A stretch of DNA of 64,000 bases, taken from positions 1,606 through 65,605 of the forward strand of contig JADGNU010000001.1 of NCBI GenBank assembly GCA_017883305.1. Reading direction: 5' to 3'. A model generated the notes under the pieces. That model had not been told where the DNA came from. It searched no databases and saw only the letters and a list, made by a program, of their open reading frames with translations. Shown here one piece after another: positions 9,618 through 29,692 of the stretch (the first letter of the stretch is position 1; every line of letters begins with the position of its first letter). The position numbers and the translations under genes are program-made. Source of the DNA: Candidatus Aminicenantes bacterium (lineage in GTDB: Bacteria; Acidobacteriota; Aminicenantia; Aminicenantales; Saccharicenantaceae).

Positions 9618-10049
9618 ATGTCGAAAGAAGTCGTTGCCAAGATCAAGCTGGAGATTGTCGCCGCACAGGCCAGCCCCGCCCCTCCCGTCGGGCCGGCGCT
9701 GGGCCAGCACGGCGTCAACATCATGGGCTTCGTCCGCGAGTTCAACGAGCGGACGAAGAAGATGGACGAGGGCACGGTCGTCCCCGTGCTCATCACCGTG
9801 TTCAAGGACAAGTCGTTCAACTTCGTCGTCAAGACCCCGCCGGCCTCCTACCTTCTGAAGAAGGCGGCCGGGATCGCCAAGGGGTCCGGGGCGCCGAACA
9901 AGGAGAAGGTCGGCAAGGTCACCGTGAAGCAGATCGAGGAGATCGCCCGGATGAAGCTCCCCGACCTCAACGCCTACGACGTCGAAGCGGCCAAGAAGAT
10001 CATCGAGGGCACGGCCCGCAACATGGGATTGGAGATCATCAGTGAGTAA
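9618..10049 (+). CDS. rplK: 50S ribosomal protein L11
   Basis: 143 aa; [17 protein letters not shown] motif; only 9 nt after nusG. Confidence 0.95.
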   Translation: MSKEVVAKIKLEIVAAQASPAPPVGPALGQHGVNIMGFVREFNERTKKMDEGTVVPVLITVFKDKSFNFVVKTPPASYLLKKAAGIAKGSGAPNKEKVGKVTVKQIEEIARMKLPDLNAYDVEAAKKIIEGTARNMGLEIISE

Positions 10050-10740
10050 GCACGGCAAGAACACCGTCAAGGCCCGGGAGGTCAAGGGCGAAGAGATCAA
10101 GTCGTACACCCTCGAGGAAGCCGTGAGCCTCCTCAAGAAGGCCCACTTCGCCAAGTTCGACGAATCCGTCGACATGGACATCCGGCTCGGCGTCAACCCC
10201 AAATATTCCGACCAGATGGTCCGCGGCACGGTCGTCCTGCCCCACGGCACGGGCAAGACGAAGAAGATCTGCGTCATCGCTTCGGGCGAGAAGGTCAAGG
10301 AGGCCGAGGAGGCCGGGGCCGATTACTTCGGCGGTGACGAGATCATCGAGAAGATCGCCGGCGGCTGGATCGACTTCGACATCGTCATCGCGACGCCCGA
10401 TGTCATGCGCGGCGTCGGCAAGCTCGGCCGCATCCTGGGCACCAAGGGCCTCATGCCCAATCCCAAATCCGGCACGGTCACCTTCGACATCCGCAAGGCC
10501 GTCGAGGAGACCAAGGCCGGCAAGGTCGAGTTCCGGGTGGACAAGACGAGCATCGTCCACTCCACGGTCGGCAAGGTCTCCTTCCCGGAGACCAAGCTGG
10601 TCGACAACCTGCGGACCTTCATCCAGGCCATCGCCCACGCCAAGCCGCCGGCCGCCAAGGGCAAGTACATCCGGACGATGTTCGTGTCCTCGACGATGGG
10701 CCCGTCCTTCCGGATCACCGAGGACATTCTCGAGAGCTAG
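10042..10740 (+). CDS. rplA: 50S ribosomal protein L1
   Basis: 232 aa; typical L1 sequence; 8-nt overlap with rplK. Confidence 0.95.
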   Translation: MSKHGKNTVKAREVKGEEIKSYTLEEAVSLLKKAHFAKFDESVDMDIRLGVNPKYSDQMVRGTVVLPHGTGKTKKICVIASGEKVKEAEEAGADYFGGDEIIEKIAGGWIDFDIVIATPDVMRGVGKLGRILGTKGLMPNPKSGTVTFDIRKAVEETKAGKVEFRVDKTSIVHSTVGKVSFPETKLVDNLRTFIQAIAHAKPPAAKGKYIRTMFVSSTMGPSFRITEDILES

Positions 10741-10751
10741 AGGAGAGCGCC

Positions 10752-11270
10752 GTGAACAAGGAAGAGAAACAACCCATCATCCAATCGCTCGAGCGCCTGT
10801 TCGAGACGAACAGCACCTACTACCTGATCGACTTCAAGCGGATGAAGGTCGCCCAGGCGGTCGAGCTGCGCAAGATCCTGCGCAAGAACGCCTTCACCTA
10901 CAAGGTCATCAAGAACCGGCTGGCCCTGCGGGCGCTCGGCGCCAAGTGCCCCGAGGCCCTGCGGCCGTTCTTCCAGAAGCCGACGGCCGTCGCCTTCGCC
11001 GGCAAGGACCCGGTCCAGCTGGCCAAGATCCTCAAGGACTTTTCCAGTCAGGGGAAGATCCTGGCGGTCAAGGGCGGCCAGGTCGAGGGCCAGCTCATGC
11101 CGGCCGAGCGGTTCGACGAGGTCACCCGGCTCGGCTCCCGCAAGGACCTGTTGGGCAAGGTCGGCTTCCTCATGGCCAGCCCGCTGCACCGGCTGATGCG
11201 GACCCTGCAGGCCCCGCTCGGCAACGTCGGGATCCTTCTCGGCGAGCTCAATCGCAAGAAAAACATCTGA
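10752..11270 (+). CDS. rplJ: 50S ribosomal protein L10
   Basis: 172 aa; position between rplA and rplL; only 11 nt after rplA (no room for the usual long leader). Confidence 0.9.
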   Translation: MNKEEKQPIIQSLERLFETNSTYYLIDFKRMKVAQAVELRKILRKNAFTYKVIKNRLALRALGAKCPEALRPFFQKPTAVAFAGKDPVQLAKILKDFSSQGKILAVKGGQVEGQLMPAERFDEVTRLGSRKDLLGKVGFLMASPLHRLMRTLQAPLGNVGILLGELNRKKNI

Positions 11271-11297
11271 AATTCCATCTTATAAGGAGACCGTGAC

Positions 11298-11684
11298 ATG
11301 GAAAAACTCACCAAGGAACAGTTCTTCACCCACCTGGACACCATGACGATCCTGGAGCTCTCGGACTACATCAAGGAGTTCGAGACCCGCTATGGCATCA
11401 GTGCCGCCGCGGCCGCTCCGGTCATGGCGGCTGGCGCCGCCCCCGCCGCCGAAGCCAAGCCCGCCGAGGAGAAGACCGAGTTCACCGCCGTCCTCAAGAC
11501 CGTGGGCGACAAGAAGATCAACGTCATCAAGGTCGTCCGCGAAGTCACCAGCCTCGGCCTCAAGGAAGCCAAGGACCTGGTCGACGGCGCCCCCAAGACG
11601 GTCAAAGAGGGCATCACCAAGGAAGAGGCCGAAGCGATCAAGGCCAAGTTCGCCGAAGTCGGAGCCGTCATCGAGCTTCAGTAA
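11298..11684 (+). CDS. rplL: 50S ribosomal protein L7/L12
   Basis: 128 aa; Ala-rich hinge and conserved C-terminal domain KEAKDLVDGAPKTVKEG. Confidence 0.95.
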   Translation: MEKLTKEQFFTHLDTMTILELSDYIKEFETRYGISAAAAAPVMAAGAAPAAEAKPAEEKTEFTAVLKTVGDKKINVIKVVREVTSLGLKEAKDLVDGAPKTVKEGITKEEAEAIKAKFAEVGAVIELQ

Positions 11685-11763
11685 GTGACCCGGTTGGCCG
11701 AGCGTCCGTCCGTCCGATCCCGGATCCGGGAGGCACTCGATCTCTGCTTGAGAGTGAGACAAC

Positions 11764-20204
<8,441 letters not shown>

Positions 20205-20236
20205 GGGGGTCAGGCGGCGGGAAGGCGTCAAAATTC

Positions 20237-20265
20237 TTGACAGAGAGGCCGAATTTTGTTAGTAT
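20237..20265 (+). promoter_or_regulatory. sigma70-type promoter of str operon: TTGACA (20237-20242) -N17- TAGTAT (20260-20265), extended -10 TGt
   Basis: aaattcTTGACAgagaggccgaattTTGtTAGTATcc 80 nt upstream of rpsL. Confidence 0.55.
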
Positions 20266-20344
20266 CCATCTATTCGTCTCGGGCTATCCCCCTGCGGATG
20301 AATAAAACTTACATTCGGAATTCTGTGTAGAGGAGTATTTTTCA

Positions 20345-20734
20345 TTGCCGACCGTAAATCAGCTCGTCAGAAAAGGCCGAACGCCCAAGAAATACAAGAG
20401 TAAATCTCCGGCTCTCGATGCCTGTCCCCAGAAGAGGGGCGTCTGCACCCGCGTGTTCACGACCACGCCCAAGAAGCCGAATTCGGCCATGCGCAAGGTC
20501 GCCCGAATCCGGCTGACCAACAACATCGAGGTCACGGGATACATCCCGGGCATCGGCCATAACCTTCAGGAGCATTCGATCGTCATGATCAGGGGAGGCC
20601 GCATCAAGGACCTGCCTGGTGTCCGCTACCACATCATCCGCGGCAAGCTCGACGCCGAAGGGGTGCAGAACCGGTTCAAGGCGCGGTCCCGGTACGGGGC
20701 GAAGCGGCCCAAAGAGAAACGGGCCGCGGCCTAG
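20345..20734 (+). CDS. rpsL: 30S ribosomal protein S12 (TTG start codon)
   Basis: 129 aa [12 protein letters not shown]..; no in-frame ATG/GTG between the upstream stop (20303) and TTG 20345; RBS aggag 9 nt upstream. Confidence 0.9.
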   Translation: MPTVNQLVRKGRTPKKYKSKSPALDACPQKRGVCTRVFTTTPKKPNSAMRKVARIRLTNNIEVTGYIPGIGHNLQEHSIVMIRGGRIKDLPGVRYHIIRGKLDAEGVQNRFKARSRYGAKRPKEKRAAA

Positions 20735-20747
20735 TTAGGAGCTTCCC

Positions 20748-21218
20748 ATGCCGAGACGCGGAACCATCAAGAAGCGCAAAGCGCCGGCCGACTCCCTTTA
20801 TGGCAGCACGCTGGTCGCCCGGTTCATCAATCTCTTCCTCCGCAAGGGGAAGAAGACGACCGCCGAGAGGGTCGTCTATGGCACCATGGACATTCTCAAG
20901 GCCAAGACCAAGGAAGACCCCCTCAAGGTCCTGGAAAAGGCCCTGGAGAACGTCCGGCCCTTCCTCGAGACCAAATCGAGGCGCGTCGGCGGCGCGAACT
21001 ATCAGGTCCCCATCGAGGTTTCGTCCGGACGGTCCTATTCCCTGGGCTTCCGCTGGCTGGTCAAGTACGCCAAGGAGAGGGGCGGGAAGAGCATGCAGGA
21101 GAAGCTCTCCGCAGAGATCATCGACGCCATCAACAACCGCGGCGGCGCGGTCAAGAAGCGCGAAGACACGCACAAGATGGCGGAGGCCAACCGGGCCTTC
21201 GCACACTATAAATGGTAG
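20748..21218 (+). CDS. rpsG: 30S ribosomal protein S7
   Basis: 156 aa; canonical S7. Confidence 0.95.
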   Translation: MPRRGTIKKRKAPADSLYGSTLVARFINLFLRKGKKTTAERVVYGTMDILKAKTKEDPLKVLEKALENVRPFLETKSRRVGGANYQVPIEVSSGRSYSLGFRWLVKYAKERGGKSMQEKLSAEIIDAINNRGGAVKKREDTHKMAEANRAFAHYKW

Positions 21219-21271
21219 TCTTCAGGAAAGAGCTCGGTCTGTGATTCGGTACGATATGGAGCGAAGGCTTT

Positions 21272-23371
21272 ATGCGGTCATACCCGATCGAGAGAGTCCG
21301 AAACATCGGTATCATGGCCCATATCGACGCCGGGAAGACGACCACGACCGAGCGCATTCTGTACTATACGGGTATGACCTACAAGATTGGCGAGGTGGAC
21401 GAAGGAACGGCCGTGATGGATTGGATGGTCCAGGAGCAGGAACGCGGGATCACCATCACCTCGGCCGCGACGACGTGCGCCTGGCGTGACCACCGTATCA
21501 ATATCATCGATACGCCGGGTCACGTGGATTTCACCGCGGAGGTCGAGCGCTCCCTGAGGGTGCTTGACGGCGCGATAGCCATACTGTGTGGAGTTGGCGG
21601 CGTCGAACCGCAGTCCGAGACAGTGTGGCGCCAGGCCGACAAGTACCGGGTCCCCCGCATCGTGTTCATCAACAAGATGGACCGGATCGGGGCCGACCCG
21701 GAACGGGCGGTCCTCATGCTGAGGACCCGGGTGGCGGCCAAGCCTCTGCCGATCCAGATTCCCCTGGGCCGGGAAGACGGATTCCGCGGTGTGATCGACC
21801 TCATCGACCGCAAGGTCTACGACTGGGGTCAGGAGATCCTGGGGACGGACTATGTCGTCCGCGAAGTCGCTGAGGAGGATCGCGAGGACGTCGAACGGAA
21901 ACGACAGGACATGCTGGAAATGTTGAGCGAACACGATGACGGCCTGATGCAGAAGTACCTCGACGGGGTCGAGGTGCCGGCACCAGAGCTGCGCGCGGCC
22001 GTCCGCCGGGCCACACTGACCCAGGACGTCGTCCCCGTCCTTTACGGGGCCTCCTTCCGGAACAAGGGGGTCCAACCGCTGCTCGACGCCATCGTCGATT
22101 ACCTGCCGTCGCCGGCCGACGTCTGCCCGGTCGTCGGGCACCACCCCCGGACCATGGCCGAGGAGACCCGCCCGGCCTCGGACGAGGCGCCGTTCTCCGG
22201 GCTCGTGTTCAAGATCGCCAACGACCCGTTCCTCGGCAGCCTGGCCTACTTCCGGGTCTATTCCGGAAAGGCCAAGATCGGCCAGGCCGTCTATAACTCC
22301 ACCAAAGACGAGGAGGAGAAGCTCTCCCGGCTCCTCGAGATGCACGCGAACAAGCGCAAGGAGGTCAAGGAGGTCTTCGCCGGGGACATCGCGGCCATGG
22401 GCTCGATGAAGAACATCTCCACAGGCGACACCCTCTGCCTCAAGAGCCATCCCATCGTCCTCGAGTCGATCCGCTTCCCCGAGCCGGTCATCTCCGCGAC
22501 GATCGAGCCCAAGACGAAGGCCGACCATCCCAAGCTGGCCACGACCCTGGCCAAACTCGTCCGCGAGGACCCGACGATCAAGGTCAGCCAGGACCCGATG
22601 ACGGGCCAGACGCTGCTCCGGGGGATGGGGGAGCTGCACCTCGAGATCATCATGGACCGGATGGAGCGCGAATTCGGCGTCCGGGCCAATCTGGGCAAGC
22701 CCCAGGTCGCCTACAAGGAGACCATCATGACCGCGGCGGAAGGCGAGGGCAAGTACATCCGCCAGGCCGGGGGCAAGGGCCTGTATGGGCACTGTGTCCT
22801 CCGCCTCGAACCCCTTGACCGGGGCCGCGGCTTCGAGTTCGTCGACCTCACCCGGGGCGGGGTCATCCCCCGGGAGTTCATCGGCGACGTCGAGAACGGG
22901 GTCCGCGAGGCCCTCGAGGCGGGCGCCGTAGCCGGCTACCCGGTGACCGATTTCCGGGCGGCCCTCGTCGGCGGGTCGACCCATGACGTCGACGCGGCGC
23001 CGGTCGCCTACAAGATCGCGGCCTCCCTGGCCTTCCGCGACGGGGCCAAGAAGGCCGGGCCGGTCCTGCTGGAGCCCCTGATGAAACTCGAGATCGTCGC
23101 CCCGGACGAGTACCTCGGCGACATCGTCGGCGACATCAACGCCCGGCGGGGCAAGATCGAGGGCATGGAGATGAGGGTCGGCTCCCGAGTCATCACCATC
23201 CATGTCCCGCTGGCCGAGATGTTCGGCTACGCGACGACGCTCCGGACCCTGACCCAGGGCCGCGGGGTGTTCGCCATGGAGTTTGCGAGATATGAACGGA
23301 CGCCTCAGGGTGTCCAGGACGAGATCGTCGCCCGGGTCGAGGGACGGATCCCCTTCCGGGCCAATGCCTAG
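21272..23371 (+). CDS. fusA: Elongation factor G
   Basis: 699 aa; [16 protein letters not shown]1 motif. Confidence 0.95.
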   Translation: MRSYPIERVRNIGIMAHIDAGKTTTTERILYYTGMTYKIGEVDEGTAVMDWMVQEQERGITITSAATTCAWRDHRINIIDTPGHVDFTAEVERSLRVLDGAIAILCGVGGVEPQSETVWRQADKYRVPRIVFINKMDRIGADPERAVLMLRTRVAAKPLPIQIPLGREDGFRGVIDLIDRKVYDWGQEILGTDYVVREVAEEDREDVERKRQDMLEMLSEHDDGLMQKYLDGVEVPAPELRAAVRRATLTQDVVPVLYGASFRNKGVQPLLDAIVDYLPSPADVCPVVGHHPRTMAEETRPASDEAPFSGLVFKIANDPFLGSLAYFRVYSGKAKIGQAVYNSTKDEEEKLSRLLEMHANKRKEVKEVFAGDIAAMGSMKNISTGDTLCLKSHPIVLESIRFPEPVISATIEPKTKADHPKLATTLAKLVREDPTIKVSQDPMTGQTLLRGMGELHLEIIMDRMEREFGVRANLGKPQVAYKETIMTAAEGEGKYIRQAGGKGLYGHCVLRLEPLDRGRGFEFVDLTRGGVIPREFIGDVENGVREALEAGAVAGYPVTDFRAALVGGSTHDVDAAPVAYKIAASLAFRDGAKKAGPVLLEPLMKLEIVAPDEYLGDIVGDINARRGKIEGMEMRVGSRVITIHVPLAEMFGYATTLRTLTQGRGVFAMEFARYERTPQGVQDEIVARVEGRIPFRANA

Positions 23372-23411
23372 GATATGTCTTTGAGTTTGTAAGCCATACA
23401 GGAGGTGAGCG

Positions 23412-24614
23412 ATGGCAAAAGAAAAGTATGCGAGGACGAAACCCCATGTCAACGTCGGGACGATCGGTCACATCGACCACGGCAAGACGACGCTGACGGC
23501 CGCCATTACCAAGGTTCTGGCGACCAAGGGCCTGGCCAAGGCACAGAGCTATGACGATGTCGCCAAGGCCGATGCCAAGATGTTCCGCCGGGATGCGACC
23601 AAGATCCTGACGGTCGCCCTGAGCCACGTCGAGTACGAAAGCGAGAAGCGGCACTACGCCCACATCGACTGCCCCGGCCACGCCGATTACATCAAGAACA
23701 TGATCTCCGGCGCGGCCCAGATGGACGGCGCCATTCTGGTCGTGTCCGCGGCCGACGGCCCGATGCCCCAGACGCGGGAGCATATCCTGCTCGCCCATCA
23801 GGTCAACGTGCCGGCCATTGTCGTCTTCATGAATAAATGCGACCTCGTCGACGACCCCGAGATCCTCGACCTCGTCGAGCTCGAGGTCCGCGAGCTGCTG
23901 TCGAAGTACGACTTCCCCGGCGACAAGCTCCCGGTCATCCGCGGCAGCGCCACGAAGGCCGCGGAGGACGTCAACGGCGAGGGCGCCAAGTGCATCTGGG
24001 AGCTGGTCAAGGCCCTGGACGACTACATCCCCGAGCCCCTCCGCGAGGTCGATAAGCCCTTCCAGATGGCCATCGAGGACGTCTTCTCGATCACCGGCCG
24101 CGGCACCGTCGTCACGGGCCGGGTCGAGCGCGGCGTCGTCAAGGTCGGCGACGAGTGCGAGATCGTCGGACTGCGCGAAACCCGCAAGACCGTCGTCACG
24201 GGCGTCGAGATGTTCCGCAAGCTCCTCGACCAGGCTCAGGCCGGCGACAACATCGGGGCCCTGCTTCGCGGCGTCGGCAAGGACGAGGTCGAGCGCGGCC
24301 AGGTCCTGGCCAAGCCCGGCTCGATCAAGCCGCACCGGAAGTTCCGGGCCCAGGTCGTCGCCCTGACCAAGGAAGAGGGCGGGCGGCACACGCCGTTCTT
24401 CTCGAACTACCGGCCGCAGTTCTATTTCCGGACGACCGACGTGACCGGGTCGGTCAAGCTGCCGGACGGCGTCGAGATGGTCATGCCCGGCGACTCCGTC
24501 AACCTGGGGATCGAGCTGATCACCGACGTCGCCATGGAGAAGGCCCTGCGCTTCGCCATCCGCGAGGGCGGCCGGACGGTCGGCGCCGGCACCGTGACCG
24601 AAATCATCGAGTAA
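23412..24614 (+). CDS. tuf: Elongation factor Tu (single copy in window)
   Basis: 400 aa; [22 protein letters not shown] motifs. Confidence 0.95.
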   Translation: MAKEKYARTKPHVNVGTIGHIDHGKTTLTAAITKVLATKGLAKAQSYDDVAKADAKMFRRDATKILTVALSHVEYESEKRHYAHIDCPGHADYIKNMISGAAQMDGAILVVSAADGPMPQTREHILLAHQVNVPAIVVFMNKCDLVDDPEILDLVELEVRELLSKYDFPGDKLPVIRGSATKAAEDVNGEGAKCIWELVKALDDYIPEPLREVDKPFQMAIEDVFSITGRGTVVTGRVERGVVKVGDECEIVGLRETRKTVVTGVEMFRKLLDQAQAGDNIGALLRGVGKDEVERGQVLAKPGSIKPHRKFRAQVVALTKEEGGRHTPFFSNYRPQFYFRTTDVTGSVKLPDGVEMVMPGDSVNLGIELITDVAMEKALRFAIREGGRTVGAGTVTEIIE

Positions 24615-24686
24615 CCGCGAGCGCCGCCGAGGGTCCGCCGGGCCGCGGGGCCCGCCGAAGGCAATCGGAGAACAGAGGAACGAACG

Positions 24687-25004
24687 ATGGAAAAAATCAG
24701 AATCCGCTTACAGTCCTTTGATCACCGCCTGCTCGACCAGTCCGTCAAGGACATCGTCGTCAAGGCGAAACGCACCGGCGCCAGCGTCGCCGGCCCCATC
24801 CCGCTACCGACGCGCATTCATAAGTTCTGCGTCCTCCGTTCCCCGCACGTCGACAAGAAGTCGCGCGAGCATTTCGAGATGCGGATCCACAAGCGGCTCA
24901 TCGACATCAGCGAATACAACAACGAGACGATCGAAGAGCTCCAGAAGCTCGACCTGCCGGCCGGGATCGACGTCGAGATTCAGGCCTACGGGTCGGGAGA
25001 ATGA
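24687..25004 (+). CDS. rpsJ: 30S ribosomal protein S10
   Basis: 105 aa [19 protein letters not shown].. Confidence 0.95.
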   Translation: MEKIRIRLQSFDHRLLDQSVKDIVVKAKRTGASVAGPIPLPTRIHKFCVLRSPHVDKKSREHFEMRIHKRLIDISEYNNETIEELQKLDLPAGIDVEIQAYGSGE

Positions 25005-25006
25005 CC

Positions 25007-25654
25007 ATGATCCAGGGACTGATCGCCAAGAAGATCGGCATGAGCCAGCAGTTCGACGACGCCGGCAACGTCGTCCCCGTCACCGTCCTCAAGGCCGGGC
25101 CGTGCACGGTCATCCAGTTGAAGACGGCCGAGAAGGACGGCTACGTCGCCGTCCAGCTGGGCTTCGTCGAGGAACGGGCCGTCCGCAAGCCCCGCAAGCC
25201 CCAGGTGGGGCACTTCAAGAAGGCGGGCGTCCCCGTCGTCAAGAAGCTCCAGGAAGTCGACTGTTCCGACCCCGCGTCGATCCATGAGGGCGACCAGGTC
25301 CTCGTCGACATCTTCGAGGTCGGCGAGATGGTCGATGTGGTCGGCACGAGCATCGGCAAGGGCTTCGCCGGCGTCGTCAAGCGGCACCACTTTGCCGGCG
25401 GCGGCGCCTCCCACGGCTCGATGTTCCACCGCGCCCCCGGCTCGATCGGCGCCTCGTCCTACCCCTCCCGGGTCGTCAAGGGCATGCGCATGGGCGGCCA
25501 CATGGGCCACGAACGGGTCACGGTCCGCAAGCTCAAGGTCGTCGCCACCGACAAGGAGCAGAACCTGCTCCTCGTCAGGGGCGCGGTGCCCGGGGCCAAG
25601 GGCGGTTACATCCTCGTCAAGAAGGCCGCGGCCGCTCCCGCGCGGGCGAAGTGA
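25007..25654 (+). CDS. rplC: 50S ribosomal protein L3 (start at second Met MIQGLIAKKIGMSQ; ORF-track 25001)
   Basis: SD gggaga 6 nt upstream of ATG 25007; aligns with the L3 N-terminus. Confidence 0.9.
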   Translation: MIQGLIAKKIGMSQQFDDAGNVVPVTVLKAGPCTVIQLKTAEKDGYVAVQLGFVEERAVRKPRKPQVGHFKKAGVPVVKKLQEVDCSDPASIHEGDQVLVDIFEVGEMVDVVGTSIGKGFAGVVKRHHFAGGGASHGSMFHRAPGSIGASSYPSRVVKGMRMGGHMGHERVTVRKLKVVATDKEQNLLLVRGAVPGAKGGYILVKKAAAAPARAK

Positions 25655-25671
25655 ACGGGAAAGAGGGCACC

Positions 25672-26292
25672 ATGGCGAAACTCGACATTATCGATCGCGA
25701 CGGCAAGACGGCCGCGCAGCTGGACCTGCCGGAAGGCGTCTTCGCCGGGACCGCCAACGATCATCTGATCTACGAGGCGGTCGTCAACTTCCGCGCCAAT
25801 CAGCGCCAGGGCACGGCGGCGACGAAAACCCGGGCGTTCGTCAGCGGCGGCGGCAAGAAGCCCTGGCGGCAGAAGGGCACGGGCCGGGCCCGCGTCGGCA
25901 GCACGCGCTCACCTCTCTGGAAGAAGGGCGGGACGGTCTTCGGACCGGAACCCCGCGACTATTCCTACGAGCTGCCGAAGAAAGCCCGACGGAGCGCCCT
26001 CCGCGCGGCCCTGGCCAAAAAGCACGCCGACCAAGAGCTCATCGTCACGAGCGAGCTCGATGTCAAGGAACCCAAGACCAAGGAAGCCGTCGCCCTCCTC
26101 AAGGCCTACAAGCTCGATTCGGCCCTCCTCGTCGACACCGCCGCCAACGCCAACCTGTTCCGGGCGGTCCGGAACCTGCCGCGGGTCAAGGCGGTCGACG
26201 TGGTCGGCCTCAACATCTACGACGTCCTCGCCCACAAGTCGGTCGTCTTCAGCCGTCGGGCGTTCGAGGCCATCCTGGAGAAATTGACGTGA
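25672..26292 (+). CDS. rplD: 50S ribosomal protein L4
   Basis: 206 aa from MAKLDIIDRDG; RBS gggaaagagggc. Confidence 0.9.
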   Translation: MAKLDIIDRDGKTAAQLDLPEGVFAGTANDHLIYEAVVNFRANQRQGTAATKTRAFVSGGGKKPWRQKGTGRARVGSTRSPLWKKGGTVFGPEPRDYSYELPKKARRSALRAALAKKHADQELIVTSELDVKEPKTKEAVALLKAYKLDSALLVDTAANANLFRAVRNLPRVKAVDVVGLNIYDVLAHKSVVFSRRAFEAILEKLT

Positions 26293-26585
26293 TCAAAGAC
26301 CCCCATAAAATCATCATCCGCCCGGTGATCACGGAGAAGACGACCCGGCTCAAGGCGTCGAGCGGGGTCATCTGCTTCGAGGTCGCCCGGGGCGCCAACA
26401 AGATCGAGATCAAGCGGGCCATCGAGCAGCTGTTCAAGACCAAGGTCGCCGAGGTCCGGACGCAGTCGAAGACGGGCAAGACCCGCCGGGTCGGCCGCAA
26501 CATGGGCAAGACGAAGGACTGGAAAAAGGCCTACGTCCGGCTCTGCGACGGCGAGAAACCGATCGAATACTTTGAGGCGGCGTAA
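26289..26585 (+). CDS. rplW: 50S ribosomal protein L23 (GTG start overlapping rplD stop)
   Basis: 98 aa (V)[21 protein letters not shown]..; located in frame of ORF 25284..26585. Confidence 0.85.
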   Translation: MIKDPHKIIIRPVITEKTTRLKASSGVICFEVARGANKIEIKRAIEQLFKTKVAEVRTQSKTGKTRRVGRNMGKTKDWKKAYVRLCDGEKPIEYFEAA

Positions 26586-26586
26586 C

Positions 26587-27414
26587 ATGGGCATCAAAAC
26601 CTACCGGCCAACGACCCCCGGCCTGCGCCACAGGACGGGCAACCGCTTCGACGAGCTGAGCGGGGACAGTCCGTTCAAGCCCCTGCTCGTCTCCCTGTCC
26701 AAATCGGGCGGGCGCGACAGCCGCGGCCACCTGTCCATGCGGAACAGGGGCGGCGGGCACAAGCAGCTCTACCGCGTCGTCGATTTCAAGCGCGACAAGA
26801 TCGACATCCCGGGCAAGGTCGAGACCGTCGAGTACGACCCCAACCGCTCCTCCTTCATCTCGCTCGTCAAGTACCGGGACGGCGAACGGCGCTACATCAT
26901 CTATCCCGCCGGACTCCAGGTCGGGCAGGAGGTCGTTTCGACCGACCGCCAGGCCGACATCCTGCCGGGCAACGCGATGCCGCTGCGCTTCATCCCGCTC
27001 GGCACCGTCATCCACAACATCGAGCTCCGGAAGGACAAGGGCGGCCAGGTCGCCAAGTCCGCCGGGGCGGGCGCCCAGATCCTGGCCAAGGAAGGGGACT
27101 ACGCCCAGGTCCGGCTGCCGTCGTCGGAGATCCGCAAGGTCCACCTCGACTGCCGGGCGACGATCGGCCAGATCGGCAATGTCGATCACTCGAACATCAG
27201 CGTCGGCAAGGCCGGGCGCAGCCGCTGGAAAGGCATCCGGCCGCACGTCCGCGGCACGGCCATGAACCCCATCGACCATCCGCATGGCGGCGGCGAGGGG
27301 AAGGCCAAGGGCGGCCGCCATCCGGTCAGCCCGGAGGGCATCCCGACCAAGGGCTACAAGACCCGCCAGAACAAGCGGACCCAGGCCTTCATCATCCGGC
27401 GCAGGAGCAAGTAA
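26587..27414 (+). CDS. rplB: 50S ribosomal protein L2
   Basis: 275 aa [15 protein letters not shown]..; HPHGGGEGK motif. Confidence 0.95.
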   Translation: MGIKTYRPTTPGLRHRTGNRFDELSGDSPFKPLLVSLSKSGGRDSRGHLSMRNRGGGHKQLYRVVDFKRDKIDIPGKVETVEYDPNRSSFISLVKYRDGERRYIIYPAGLQVGQEVVSTDRQADILPGNAMPLRFIPLGTVIHNIELRKDKGGQVAKSAGAGAQILAKEGDYAQVRLPSSEIRKVHLDCRATIGQIGNVDHSNISVGKAGRSRWKGIRPHVRGTAMNPIDHPHGGGEGKAKGGRHPVSPEGIPTKGYKTRQNKRTQAFIIRRRSK

Positions 27415-27416
27415 CC

Positions 27417-27719
27417 ATGAGCAGATCGCTACACAAAGGGCCGTTCATCGACGGCCACCTCCTGGAGAAGGTCCAGGCCCTGGCGACCCCCGCGGGCAAG
27501 CGGCAGCTGATCAAGACCTGGTCCCGCCGGTCGACGATCATCCCCGAGATGGTCGGCATGACGATCGGCGTCCACAACGGGCGGAAGTTCATCCCGGTCT
27601 TCATCACCGAGAACATGGTCGGGCACAAGCTCGGCGAGTTCTCGCCGACCCGGCACTTCAAGGGCCATACCTCCCGGACCGCCAAGCAGCTGAAGGTGGA
27701 GAAGGCAGCGAAGCCATGA
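27417..27719 (+). CDS. rpsS: 30S ribosomal protein S19
   Basis: 100 aa [12 protein letters not shown].. Confidence 0.95.
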   Translation: MSRSLHKGPFIDGHLLEKVQALATPAGKRQLIKTWSRRSTIIPEMVGMTIGVHNGRKFIPVFITENMVGHKLGEFSPTRHFKGHTSRTAKQLKVEKAAKP

Positions 27720-28075
27720 ACGCCCCAGCCCCCCTCTCCCATTCTATCGCCCGGTTCGTGCGCATGAGCCCCCAGAAGGGCCGCCTCGTGGCCGACCTCG
27801 TCCGCGACCGCTACGTCGGCGAGGCCCTGACCATCCTGCGCTTCAGCGAGCGCAAGAAGATCAGCGCGATCCTGGAAAAGGTCCTCCGCTCGGCCATCGC
27901 CAACGCCCAGCAGAAATCGCCGAACGTCGACGTCGATACGCTCTACATCTCGCAGATCCAGATCAATGGCGGCCCGGTCGCCAAGCGGATCCGCCCGGCG
28001 CCTCAGGGACGGGCCTATCGCATCCAGAAACGGACGAGCCACGTCCACATCTATCTGAACGAAAAGGGGAAATGA
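27716..28075 (+). CDS. rplV: 50S ribosomal protein L22
   Basis: 119 aa from [30 protein letters not shown]; ATGA overlap with rpsS. Confidence 0.88.
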   Translation: MNAPAPLSHSIARFVRMSPQKGRLVADLVRDRYVGEALTILRFSERKKISAILEKVLRSAIANAQQKSPNVDVDTLYISQIQINGGPVAKRIRPAPQGRAYRIQKRTSHVHIYLNEKGK

Positions 28076-28746
28076 CCGTGGGACAGAAAACACACCCGTA
28101 CGGATTCCGGCTCGGCTTCAACAAGCCGTGGTCGTCCCGCTGGTTCGCCAAGGGCCCGGAATACCCCCGTCTCATCCATGAAGACCTGCGCATGAAGAAG
28201 GCCATCAAGGACAAGTACTTCCACGCCGGCATCGCCGGGGTGGACGTCGAGCGCGTCGGCCCGAAGATCCGGGTCATCATCCACACCGCCCGGCCCGGGA
28301 TCATCATCGGCCGCGGCGGCAAGGAGATCGAGAGCCTCAAGGCCTATCTGGAGACCATCGCCAAGCGGGACGTCTACGTCGACATCCGCGAGGTCGACAA
28401 GCCCGAGCTCAACGCCCTGCTCATCGGCGAGAGCATCGCCGTCCAGCTCGAGAAGCGCATCGCCTACCGGCGGGCCATGCGCAAGGCCGTCGAGTTCGCT
28501 CTCAAGATGGGGGCCAAAGGGATCAAGGTCATGTGCGCCGGCCGTCTCGGCGGCGTCGAGATCGCCCGCTCCGAGTGGTATCTCAAGGGCCAGCTCCCGC
28601 TGCAGACGCTCAAGGCCGACATCGACTATGCCTTCACCGAGGCCTTCACGACCTACGGCCAGATCGGCATCAAGGTCTGGGTCTACCGGGCCGACGTCGA
28701 GAAGCCCAAGTTTACCTCCCAGATGGCCGAGGTCGAGGAGATCTAG
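28072..28746 (+). CDS. rpsC: 30S ribosomal protein S3
   Basis: 224 aa; KH domain; ATGA overlap with rplV. Confidence 0.95.
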   Translation: MTVGQKTHPYGFRLGFNKPWSSRWFAKGPEYPRLIHEDLRMKKAIKDKYFHAGIAGVDVERVGPKIRVIIHTARPGIIIGRGGKEIESLKAYLETIAKRDVYVDIREVDKPELNALLIGESIAVQLEKRIAYRRAMRKAVEFALKMGAKGIKVMCAGRLGGVEIARSEWYLKGQLPLQTLKADIDYAFTEAFTTYGQIGIKVWVYRADVEKPKFTSQMAEVEEI

Positions 28747-28748
28747 CC

Positions 28749-29171
28749 ATGTTGATGCCCGCAAAAGTTAAATACCGCAAGCAGCAGCGGGGCCGCATGC
28801 GGGGCAAGGCCCTGCGCGGCGGCACGCTGACGTTCGGGGAGTTCGGCCTTCAGGCGCTCGAGCCCGGCTGGCTGACCTCCCGGCAGATCGAGGCCGGCCG
28901 TATCACCATCACCCGGCACATGAAGAGAAAAGGCAAGCTGTGGATCCGGACCTTCCCCTGGAAGTCGGTAACCAAGAAGCCGACCGAGGTCCGCATGGGC
29001 AAGGGCAAGGGCGACCCCGCATTCTGGGTCGACGTCATCCGCCCGGGCAAGATCCTGTTCGAGCTCGAAGGCATCGACCTCGCCGAAGCCCAGGAGGCCA
29101 TGCGCCTGGCCGGTCATAAGCTGCCCATCAAGACGCGGTTCATTTGCCGCGGGCAGAGGGAGCTCAGATGA
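28749..29171 (+). CDS. rplP: 50S ribosomal protein L16
   Basis: 140 aa [19 protein letters not shown].. Confidence 0.93.
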   Translation: MLMPAKVKYRKQQRGRMRGKALRGGTLTFGEFGLQALEPGWLTSRQIEAGRITITRHMKRKGKLWIRTFPWKSVTKKPTEVRMGKGKGDPAFWVDVIRPGKILFELEGIDLAEAQEAMRLAGHKLPIKTRFICRGQRELR

Positions 29172-29365
29172 AGACCAAAGAACTCAAGGAAATGTCGGCC
29201 GACGAGCTGAGGCACAGGGAAGGGGAGCTCGTCGATCAGCTCTTCAAGCTCCGCTTCCAGAAGTCCCTCGGCCAGCTCGAGAGCCCGATGAAGATCAAGG
29301 CGGTCAAGAAGGACATCGCCCGCATCAAGACGATCTTGAACCGGGCCCCGCAGGCCACGGAGTAG
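29168..29365 (+). CDS. rpmC: 50S ribosomal protein L29
   Basis: 65 aa from [16 protein letters not shown]..; ATGA overlap with rplP. Confidence 0.9.
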   Translation: MKTKELKEMSADELRHREGELVDQLFKLRFQKSLGQLESPMKIKAVKKDIARIKTILNRAPQATE

Positions 29366-29368
29366 CCC

Positions 29369-29692
29369 ATGGACACCCCCAAACAAGCACGGAAAACCAC
29401 CAAGGTCGGGACCGTCGTCGCCAAGAAGATGAAGAAGACGGTCACGGTCCAGGTGGAGCGGCAGATCCGCCACCCCCTCTACCGGAAGACCATCCGGAAG
29501 AAGCAGACCTTCCTCGTCCACGATGAAGCCGAGAAGTGCAAGGTCGGCGACATCGTCCGCATCATCGAGACGCGGCCGATCAGCAAGACCAAGCGCTGGC
29601 GGGTTCTCGCGATCATCGGCCTGACGGCGGCCCTGACGGCGACCCCGATCGAGACGAACCCGATCGCGCCCGAGAAGGGAGAGCCCCAATGA
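29369..29692 (+). CDS. rpsQ: 30S ribosomal protein S17 with ~20-aa low-complexity C-terminal extension
   Basis: 107 aa; core ..[13 protein letters not shown] then [27 protein letters not shown] running into the rplN start. Confidence 0.88.
   Translation: MDTPKQARKTTKVGTVVAKKMKKTVTVQVERQIRHPLYRKTIRKKQTFLVHDEAEKCKVGDIVRIIETRPISKTKRWRVLAIIGLTAALTATPIETNPIAPEKGEPQ

Noticed and set aside
24615-24686. GC-rich imperfect hairpin gggccgcggggccc between tuf and rpsJ as an S10-leader attenuator
   Set aside because: The stem is short and imperfect, with no U-tract. The spacer is only 72 nt, too short to resemble the E. coli L4-responsive S10 leader. It is left unannotated.
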